A stretch of 45,605 bases of DNA, counting the filler, from Streblomastix strix (lineage: Eukaryota), in NCBI GenBank assembly GCA_008636045.1. It is 2 parts of 2 records of this genome, joined end to end, with 100 filler letters (N's around TTAATTAATTAA, not from the genome) between each part and the next. Parts side by side here need not be neighbours in the genome. Positions count along the whole stretch, not along the records: positions 1 to 22,753 come from SNRW01000309.1; 1 more part is not named here. One strand, written 5' to 3'. This document shows, one piece after another, positions 1-9,870 of this stretch. Under the pieces are notes generated by a model that was not told the origin of the DNA, did no database searches, and was given only the letters and a program-made list of their open reading frames with translations. Within the stretch, counting starts at the first letter, position 1, and every line of letters begins with the position of its first letter. A program made the translations under genes and the position numbers.

Positions 1-68
1 TATATATAAGAAAATCCTAATAATTCATCTGATGATGATGATAATGATCGTGATGGTGATGAGTAATT

Positions 69-698
69 TCACCATAAATCTGTTTCATTAAATCTAATTT
101 CTTATTATTATTAATTTTATTTGTAATATTCAGGAAAATATTCCTATGATGGAGCTAATATTTACTCTGCTTATTCATCGTTAAGTTTCTTTTATTTATA
201 GTCTCTTATTTTTGCTTTACATTTCTCAACTTGTTTATCATATTCTTGATGTTATTACTTAATGAATGAGTTTTCATTTCGTAAATGTATTAATTCCTCT
301 AAATCTACTAATGGAGAAGTATAATTTATCTATGGTTACTTCTTTATTGTTTTCATCCGCTTTGGTTTAGGAATTTACATTGGTTATTCTACGATAACTT
401 GATCATCATCACAATCATCATCATCGATATTCATTGGATAATCATCAGTCTCATCTTCTACTTCTTAACTATTATTTTCAATATATCTTTTTAATGCTCG
501 TTTTGGTTTTATTTAACATCCTCTTTTTGCATCTAATAATAATTTAGTTTATTAAACTTGAGTTAGAGTTCTTGCAGATTTTTCCCCTTTTTTGTAACCT
601 TTTATCTTATCTTTAACTTACATAATGTATCTATTATTGAAATATTCAATAAATGTTCCATTTTCCATGAGATTCATTAATGTTTATGCTTGATTCAT
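69..698 (-). CDS. Viral hypothetical protein, 209 aa (MNQAQTLMNLMENGTFIEYF...; basic N-terminus, acidic middle, coiled-coil C-terminus)
   Basis: Open ATG-to-TGA frame when TAR=Gln; divergent from the ORF at 740. True C-terminus may continue in another frame toward the contig edge. Confidence 0.6.
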
Positions 699-739
699 TT
701 TATTAAATGGTTAGTGATTTTATTTAATCACAAAATTAA

Positions 740-1676
740 ATGAAAACAATACAAACAAATCAAATAAAAGTTCATAAAAGTAAACATGTTAGTACTGTTA
801 AGAAAGAATTATCAGAAGAAGATAAAGCCAGATTATAAGCAATTGTTGAAGCTATTACGATTGAATTTAAGAATGCAATATAAATTCCATAGTTATTAAT
901 ATATTCTTCGATTCAGACTCCACTATAATCACGAGATCTATGTATTGATGTGGATGAAGAACCATAATGAGAAATCGAAACAGAAAGACCACGAAATCAT
1001 CGTTACAATATTAATAAGTATAAAGAAGTTCCATGTGAAACTGCATAGGTTCAACCAGAATAAGTTGTTAAAGATACGTACTTATCTCATCCTAACTTAG
1101 AAGTACAGAAATTCATTATCGATACGATTTGGAGATGTTTTGATTCACGTAAGAAAGGTGAAGATTTCATAAATTACTCTGATAACTATATCAAACTCTG
1201 GTCATTAATAGTATAAGAGGAAGAAAAAGATATTGAGGTTGTTATGGAAAAACTACTGATGAGATCTAAGACCCATACTTCAAAAAAGTATAAGAAGAAA
1301 GAGATATTGAGAAAAGATGATGCACTCATCAAGAATATCTCAATTTTTAACATAGATAACGTATTACGGAATTGTATTGAGAAGCTATATCGGGTTAACA
1401 AAGACTTTGTCCGATTATCTAACAAGCTAGAATAAGATATTGGACCAGATGATTTTTGATTAGAAAATATCGCTATAAAAATTTCATTGTCGAAAATTAA
1501 AGGAAGAATAATAATAATAATAAAGAACTTATCTTGAGACTGCATAGACTCGTCGCCAAATCATCAGTGAATTGAAAAATCCATTTGAAGAAGAACTATA
1601 ATAAATGAAATCAGAATATGTGAAGATGAAGAAATAATAATAAGAAATTGAATCACAATAGAAGTTGTAAAAATGA
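740..1676 (+). pseudogene. Viral hypothetical protein (~310 aa), disrupted
   Basis: MKTIQTNQIKVHKS... frame continues through two in-frame TGAs (~968, ~1457) and a frameshift near 1500-1520 to TGA 1674-1676. Confidence 0.5.
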
Positions 1677-1695
1677 ATAACTCAATAAATAGATA

Positions 1696-1895
1696 ATGAA
1701 ATAATAAAATATTTTACTTATTTTAGTTAATTCTTTAAAAAATCATAAGTAGTTTTATCACATTTAGTAGCACAAGAAACAGCTTAAACTATTACAGGAA
1801 CTAAATCAATTACTTAACCTATCGCTGCAAATTCTTTTATAAGAACTAATGATACTTAAATTTTAATATTGATTGAGAAATTATAGAGACAATGA
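1696..1895 (+). pseudogene. Short remnant of a fibre-like gene
   Basis: Translates LVAQETAQTITGTKSITQPIAANSFIRT, resembling DQTVTGKKTF and TATKFIKIGGT in the 3068-5156 fibre protein. Confidence 0.4.
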
Positions 1896-1970
1896 AGTTA
1901 ACCCCAAAAAATATAGATTTAATTATTATTATTATAATATTTAACATACGTTTGTTTTATAATAAATATA

Positions 1971-3028
1971 ATGACGTTACCTAAGATATAGTCTGTAACA
2001 TTATTTGATAATTCTATGTTAGATAAATATAAAACTAAGCTATTGATAAGGTATTCATTATTTTTAATCAATGGAAATCATTATATAGTTGGTGCAGTTG
2101 GTTCAGGAAAAACTACTTTATTAAGTAAACTGATAGTAATCTATAAATAAAGAATCAATCCATTCATTTTATATTTCTCAAATTTTGGTGCTGATGTGGC
2201 TATGGCATTGAATCTAAACTCTAAGAATATAATCTTAACTAATATAACATAGGATGAAGCTATATATTTCATCCGTTAATTTGATGAAATTAAATATTAA
2301 ATTAAAGAAATCTATACGTACTAGAAGTTAAGTGAAATAAATGTATCGTATAAATCTGATTGCATATAAAGAATGAAAGAAAGAATATTAATAAATAATC
2401 AAATAAAATAGAATCCAACTAGAATTGCATCAGCAACACTGGAATAAAAATTAGAAAAACCTAAGGATTATGTAAGAAGAATTGCTTATATTTTTCGTTA
2501 AGAATGTAATAATAGCATAACTAAATATAGTGTTCCAACAATGACAATGAGATTTACTATTCCTGCAATGATTTATAACATATAATTCGAGAGAAAAATA
2601 GAAATATCATAAGATGATGGTGATGCCGACATCGAGATATTAAAAATTCCTATATTATTTCATAGTTCACTGTAAAATTCATTGTTAATAATTGATGACA
2701 TAGGAAGTAATGCTGATATACAAAGATTCTCTTTTGGATTAGGTAAGACAATAACTCATTTAGTTTCCGACAGTAGGCATAGCAAAAAACTGTGTTCTTT
2801 GTTGCTTAACGTACTAGTTACTTATTTAAAACTGCTAGAATATTATCACATGTCATGTGTTTAGGAGTTAATCTATCAGAAAGTGATTTAAAACAAGCTT
2901 ACGAAGAGAATTCTATTTAGAATCTTGACTTTGATGAATTTATATTATTATTTGGAACTCTTAATAAATATGAAATCATAATACTTAATAAATGGTAAAG
3001 TAAATATGATTTCCTAAAGAATCAATGA
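1971..3028 (+). pseudogene. A32/FtsK-HerA-like viral DNA packaging ATPase with one frameshift
   Basis: Walker A GAVGSGKT (2091-2114), in-frame Walker B LLIIDD (2682), arginine-finger motif SRH (2772-2780), then after a -1 shift in the A6 run at 2784-2789 TVFFVAQ...KTAR (conserved Gln and Arg), TGA at 3026-3028. Confidence 0.85.
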
Positions 3029-3067
3029 AAAAATTATACGATTAAATTTATTTTTCTTAACTCAAAT

Positions 3068-5156
3068 ATGACATTAGCTAAAACCTTGAGTTAATAATAG
3101 ATCTAAGTTATTCGTTCATTAATATAATCAGTTTTCCAATAGTTGATATAATTTTCAAGAAAATCATCAAGTTCCAATAGTTAATTATCAGGAAGTGAAT
3201 ATTAATTTACAATTGATGACTAAAACTCATTAATATATGCACCAATAGATAATCCATTGAATTTTGCTATGAAACTGGAAACTAATGGTGTTATGATATT
3301 GAAAAATGTAAATTTTTTAAATATTGATGTTTTGGCAAAATAACTACATTAAAATATGAATTTAATGTAATATAATAGATTTTGGGAACTGCAACTTAAG
3401 ATATTGGTGGTTTATAATAATAAATTAATGTAATTAATGAAAAATATAATAGATAAACACATTTTAGAGGATACCGTTTGTTGAACACATATATATAATA
3501 ATTAGAAATCTCTGCTAATGGTGCTTCAGCATACTCTGCTGAAAGTGGAACTGTATGGATGTATGATTAGAATAGGTATAACAGTGGATATATGGTTCCT
3601 GATTAAATATCACCTGCAAGTGATGCTACTCCATTAACTGATAGTGGAACAGCAGTTGCAGAAACTTTAAATGAGTATTCAAGACGAAATCATTAGCATC
3701 CACAATAATTATCCACCGTATTACCAAGTAGAGATACTTCTTTTGGTAATATAGGCCCAGCAAATACTTACGCTAGATCTGATCATTAACATCCAATTCT
3801 GACTGTATATACTAACCCAATTAGTGATTTAGCAGATGGATCATATGGTACAGTTGATTCTTACCCGAGAAATGATCATTCTCATCCTATTATGGTCTAA
3901 ACTAATGCTTCAATCGTACCAATAGTTAATGGAGTTGGAAATAATGATACATCAGCATATTATTCAAGACATAATCATATTCATCCGTAGTAATTAACTT
4001 ATGATGGAAATGTTACAGCAACTAAATTTATTAAGATTGGAGGAACAGTTAATGACATATCACTAGTGGATGGAAATACTAACAAAGTAGTTTTAGCAAG
4101 TAAATTATCTCAAGCTATTGAATAATCATATAATATTAAATTAAGTACATTTATTGTTTTAAATGCTACTACTGATAATTCAATAAAATTCAAAATAAAT
4201 ACTAGAACAGGATTTGAAAAAATATAATTTAATTAACATTGGAGTAATGATATAGGGATAAATAATTATTAATATTAGTTTATCCCATCGTTATCATCTG
4301 GTTTGAATAGTGATTGGTTAATATATTTTGGAACTGGATTAACTAGATATGGAGAATTATGGTGTCGAATTGATGATTTTACTTATAATACAGTCACATA
4401 GTAAACTGATCAAAGTGCTTTTTAAAGTAATATTACTGATATATTAACCACTGATTCATTATCAACGTTACCTACAGGATAAAGTGGCATATATATTAAT
4501 TATTTCCAAATACGCAAAATGGATCTGAATTAATTAATCCAATTGGTGATGCTTAAGGTGTATCATAGAATTAAGGAATAAGAATATCAGATTTAATTTA
4601 TAATGCTGCTAGTGGAATATGCTTCATATATGATAAAAATAATATTTGTAATACAAATGAAAATTAATGGAGTATTATTGCAAATGATAATGGAATTGCA
4701 ATCGGCTCATATAATTACCCATAATATTTAAATTAAGGATTACTTGTATCCATTGATGGAAACACATTTACATTTAATGGTAATTGATTAGTAAATGTTG
4801 GTATTGATTAAACAGTTACTGGTAAAAAAACATTTGCAAGCGTTAATTCAGGTAATATTTAAATAAATCCTACAGCAACTTGTTATGATGATGGTTTGAG
4901 AATATCAAGAACTGTCCCAACTGATACAGGTAATTCATTGATTTAGTTAGGATGTAGTCGAACATCTAACATGGGAACTATTGATAACTAATGGTAAATA
5001 TTTACACCTCCAAGTAGCTATACGAATAACCCATTAGGTTTAAATATATCATTGTCAGCTGATTCCGGTGATAATACTAGAGGATTATAAATCTGTGTTG
5101 ATGGAAATACATTAACATTCAATGGTAGAGTACTATAAAAACAACTTCATTGTTGA
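3068..5156 (+). pseudogene. Tail-fibre/spike-like virion protein (~690 aa), about two frameshifts and one in-frame TGA
   Basis: Four Y-x-R-x-[DN]-H-x-H-P repeats (3676-3987), G/T/N-rich beta composition, and two homologous C-terminal modules INP...G[IL]RIS...QW.I...GL....DGNT.TFNG. Confidence 0.7.
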
Positions 5157-5173
5157 TTTTTTTTATAAGAAAC

Positions 5174-5623
5174 ATGTCAAAACCACTAAAATAGTTATTC
5201 ACTGAACTTGCAAAAATAAACTATGAAGACGAAGATTTAATAAGAACAACGATAGAAACACTATAAAATCAGCTAATTAAAAGTAAATAAGATTCATAAC
5301 ATATATTTCTTAAAGAATTAATAAGAATAAATATGTAATTCACAGTATTGTAAAATAAATTATAGTCAATAAAATAATTTGTTGATGATGAAGACTATGA
5401 AAATAAAAAATATGGTGAAAACAATAAGTATTATGCAAATGTCCATAATTAAATCAAGAAGAAGATGGATTTGAATCAATTACCATAATAAATAAAGAAA
5501 TATATTATATCTGATGCAACTTATGATGAAAAATAAATATATAATTAAATTGTCTTAGATAATGATAATCAACTATTTTGTGGATTCTTTCAAATAACTT
5601 AGCTTAACATATCTAAATAGTGA
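5174..5623 (+). CDS. Viral hypothetical protein, 149 aa (MSKPLKQLFTELAK..., helical/coiled-coil)
   Basis: Uninterrupted ATG-TGA frame with TAR=Gln, starting 17 nt after the fibre gene. Confidence 0.55.
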
Positions 5624-5860
5624 AGATAACCTATGACTTATTAAGTTTTTTTCGATATCATACCAAATCTTTTATCATATTGTTATTTTTTTTATAAGTA
5701 ATAATATTATTATTCGTCATCTAATTTCTTATCATCAATTAATGCTTCAAAGATTTTTAACACTTCATAATCTGATGAATTAAATTATTTTCTTAGTGTT
5801 TATGCAAATTCATACATATATTCCATTGATGAAGTTTAATACGAAGGATGTATGAATTAC
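5590..5860 (-). CDS. Possible small viral protein (..MEYMYEFAQTLRKQFNSSDYEVLKIFEALIDDKKLDDE..)
   Basis: Protein-like open frame on the minus strand; start and exact ends uncertain. Confidence 0.35.
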
Positions 5861-5912
5861 AATTATTATTAGAAAAATAATTATATTTTATTTTTAATAA
5901 TTAATTTTAATA

Positions 5913-6119
5913 TCATCTTTTATTTAAATGCCTATCTATTCCACCAGCGATGTTACCAACTGTATTCATGATCTAACCATCTCCTGGATGCAACATACTT
6001 ACTGGTCCACTTAGAACCCCTATTATTTTATGAAGCGTTGGTGCTACCTAACCAGCAACTTTCTTCATACCACCAATTATCTTACTTCCGATATTCTTCA
6101 ATCCACTGAAAAATCCCAT
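5913..6119 (-). CDS. 68-aa amphipathic basic peptide, candidate membrane-penetration protein
   Basis: MGFFSGLKNIGSKIIGGMKKVAGQVAPTLHKIIGVLSGPVSMLHPGDGQIMNTVGNIAGGIDRHLNKR*, intact, divergent from the putative capsid gene. Confidence 0.75.
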
Positions 6120-6194
6120 TGAAATTTAATTTGATTTTCCTAATAGTGCATTTGTTTGAATAATAAAACTTACTTACTGTTTTAAATTTTAAGT

Positions 6195-8153
6195 AAGTCA
6201 AACTTAAAGAGTTTCTCAGCAAGCGATTATATATAGAAATTGACGAAAGTATAACATTCTGATTATATATCTACATATTCAGCGATGTCAGAAATATTAA
6301 GATGAGCATCTATTCATCCTTAGAGTTTTTAACAATGTTTATAAAAATTCTTTGATTAACTTGTAACTTAACTAATAAATGATGGCTAAAGATATACTAG
6401 AACTCCTTTAGGGGCAAGAGGTAATACTACTTGTTCAATGGCATAATCATGTTAAGTTTGTTGGTAAATAACTATTCCAGCAGGTAGATTGGCAATATAA
6501 CTTAATTAAGCAGCAACTGCTGCTACTTCCACAGAAGCATTAGCTAGAGATAAAGTAAATTTCAATGGATTAGATGATATATAAGCAAATTGGCCTCGAT
6601 CTTTGGAAGTTGGTGCTGAAGATAATTTATTGTCAATTAATCCTGACGAATATATAATGCTATGAATTGGTTATTCAGCGGCTTGTGGACCATTCTAATA
6701 AATAGCAATCTGAAAAAATAATACAAAACAATGCGAAACGTCGATTTATGCTAGAGAATAAGCTGTAATAGCAGCAAATTCATTATCAGATTCATGTACA
6801 ATGAATTCTGTTGTTGTTTCGTCATTCGAATCAATAGTTAGAGGAAGAAAACATTGTGAAATCTTCTTTGATATTCTTGTTTCAAGTTTTATTGCAGATT
6901 CTTTTAATTATAAGTTTCCATTTGATATAACAATTGCCGGTGTACTTGATTTAAACTAGTTAAATCCTATTTTCAACTCATTTCCAGGGTTAATACGTAA
7001 TTATGCATCGCTATATTTATGGTTATGGACTTAAGATTTCTTACAAGATCTGAAAGTTGCACGGTTAAATAAGTCTAATACTTATATAAATATACATCTT
7101 ACCTATTGAATGATTCCACCAGAGAAACCTGATATAATTTACTTACTAAATACAGCTGGAAGTGCTTACGCGCCATATAATGTAAGAATTGTTAATATGG
7201 AAGGAAAAGAAGATACTGATAGATTGTCTATAAATTCAATAAACTAAATTAAGGATGCTAGATTAACTAAGTTAGATATTCATAATGTCGGTTTCAATAT
7301 AGAGAATGAAGATGCTATCATTGATATGATAAGAAATCGAAAAATACTGAATTTTCCTACATAAATTATACGTATATAATCAACTAATTTCCCATTTCGA
7401 GGATTCATAGCTAGTGGTGGTTCTATGTAAAGTATAACATCATATTCAAATATAAAAGCTATGTTTATTACATTTGATATGAACTTATATCCAACTTGGT
7501 TTTTCCCTGATTTATTTTAAAGGTTCAATTTGGAAATTGATCAGCGACATCTTATTTAATAAGACTATGTATCGTTGAATCCAACGGTCACTTCATAGAT
7601 GTTCGAATGCTTTGTTGAATAAGACTTAGTTTCTGCACCATCAGATTTATATTGTTCATTGAATTTCCAAAATCAAACTATAAATGAAGGACGAGGTGAT
7701 TACTATGGGCATATGGGTAATAATTTCTAAGAAAGAGAGAATATCGTCAATAACATTATGTTATATAGTGGAAGTAAAGTAGTTTAAATATATTATCCTT
7801 ATAAATTCATTCTTGTTTTGATGATGGCACCAGATGATTCATTCTCGATAGGATATAATGAATCTAAAATGTGTGCTAGAACTAATATATAAGTTAATTT
7901 ATCTGGCACTTTAACAGAAGGAATCGTCGGTAATGAATTGATTAAAGTCAATGTCAATGAAAGTCATAACCATCGTATTTCATTTATTGCAACAAGATCA
8001 TTTCCTACTCCAACATATGCTTAGATAACTCATCAGATGCATCATCTATATTATGCTGTCATTAGATTTACCTTTGATGATGCACCTGATCCATAGGTTT
8101 TAAACTTTGAAATCATTGGTGAAGTTAGTGGAACTATGATTAGAAGTGGATGA
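6195..8153 (+). pseudogene. Probable major capsid protein (double jelly-roll type), 4 in-frame TGAs, no frameshift
   Basis: Single frame from ~6195 (AAG TCA AAC, possibly a mutated ATG; first ATG 6285) to TGA 8151-8153; internal TGA at 6303, 6663, 6711, 7107; beta-strand-like composition, size and linkage to ATPase and fibre. The fold is inferred, not shown. Confidence 0.6.
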
Positions 8154-8543
8154 AAGATAGAAAAATAAGATGTGTGATAAATTTATTTTTGTTGATTTAT
8201 AAATGACAAATCAATAAGAAATAACGTTTGCGGAATTAATAATTCAAAACGATCCTATTTTATATATATTAAGTTAGTTAAAATATAAGAATAAAAACAA
8301 AGAAAAGCTAGAGCTTGAAGCTTGGTGCTCGAGGACATTTAAGTTCTTATTTTTTATTAAAAATTAATTAATTTCCATTTTTTTATTAAAATTAATTATT
8401 TCTTTTTTTAGTATTTTTTTTATTATTTTTAATTAAACTTATTTTTTTAGAAACAACATTTTAGGTATTTGACAAAATAGCATAAAGTGAAAAAATAGAA
8501 AAATTATATATCAAATCATAAATCTCAGAGTATTTCCATCAAA

Positions 8544-9870
8544 ATGTAAGAAATAAATGAATTCTACTATAAAATGGCTGATAGATTGCAGCTTGATTAT
8601 AATAAGATGCTTTAAGAAGCTGAATCACATCTTAATGATTCAGTAAATGCGCGTAATTCATTTTTGGTTAATAGGCTTGCAAATTGGATTAAAGATATAC
8701 TGAAAGATTACGATTATTATACATCAAAAGAACTTATTCCACGAATTTCCTAGAAATTGATATAATTATATGATTTCAAGAAATTCAACGATGAAATTAC
8801 ACCTTTAAAAGATGATGATAATTAAGAAAAACCATTAAAAACTAGGAATATTACTCATAAAGCTATAAATATTGCAGACTGTCCATACTTAGCTGTAGTC
8901 GATATTGATATTTACAAGAAATTAAATGAAGAAGAGAGAAATCTCATAAGAGTTGAACTCTTAGTGAAGATTTATCAATCAAAATTAAACGTAGCCTTAG
9001 TTAAAACTGGTCAAAGATTTTATATATATATTATAATATGGATCCTCTAATTTTATTTGCTGGGAATTCAATGGTTAAAAAAATAACTACTGAGAAATAT
9101 GATATAGATATATTTGCTTATATAGATTGTAATGAAAATAAGAGATGTGTAGCTTTACCTGATTCACGAATCAAAGACTTTGAATATAATATAATATCTA
9201 AGAGATAATAATCAAAGTAACCAAATCAAATATTTAAGTACGTGATGTTAGTAAAAAAAATTAAAATTTGATAAAAATAAAGATCTAAGTCTCATATCAT
9301 AAGTATTTTAAATACTTAGATTTGATATTGAGCTTATTAAATACCATGAATAACCAGAATAAGATGCTAAAGCTAGTTAAGATGTAAATATTACAAAATA
9401 ATATTCAGATATTTTAATAAATGGCCTATACAATCTAATTATTCATAATTATGCAGCTAAATCAGTAAAAGAAACAACTCTATTTAAGTTATTTTCATCA
9501 GCTAATGGAATGAAAGCTATTGCTGATTTTGATCTATTGAGGATTAATGAAGCTTATAATAAAATTAGTTAAATTCATGGTTTAATTATCAAAGCTAGAT
9601 CAAACTTTGATAGAACTCGACTTAGACTCGCTGAAAGATCACGTACTTTTCATTATATTGAGAAATCAGTTAGATTAACTAATGAAGAGTATTATTATAG
9701 AGAATACTTACCAACTAAAGTAAAATATGATGATACTAAATCGTAATCAAGTAGTAATTCTTATAATGATGATGATAGTATTGATCTAGCAAAAATTATA
9801 GATAATAATATTGATTTAACCGATTAATTTGAGTTAGCAGATACATAAGTTAAGATTTCTAAATGAGAAA
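8544..9870 (+). pseudogene. Prim-Pol (AEP-type primase-polymerase) domain protein, frameshifted and 3'-truncated
   Basis: LAVVDID (8889-8909, DxD motif), VKTGQRFYIY (degenerate KT..GG.HIY), then YDIDIF and VALPDS in the expected order; the sequence stops at the retroelement junction, where a helicase domain would usually follow. Confidence 0.65.

Larger units (their letters stand above)
1..9870. mobile_element. Endogenous Polinton/Maverick-like dsDNA virus, degraded; left end cut by contig edge, right end truncated
   Basis: Compact, apparently intronless gene array (host genes in the window are intron-rich) with packaging-ATPase motifs, fibre-like repeats, a ~620-650 aa capsid-sized ORF and a Prim-Pol motif set; many frameshifts and in-frame TGAs. 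No pPolB, integrase, protease or TIR is visible in the window. Confidence 0.8.

Noticed and set aside
6195..8153. All three stop codons reassigned in the viral genes
   Set aside because: Neighbouring genes also have frameshifts and the TGAs do not all sit at Trp-like positions; mutational decay is simpler.
8203..8400. Short ORF MTNQQEITFAELIIQND between capsid and Prim-Pol genes
   Set aside because: Runs into T-rich low-complexity sequence with no clear end; too weak to call.
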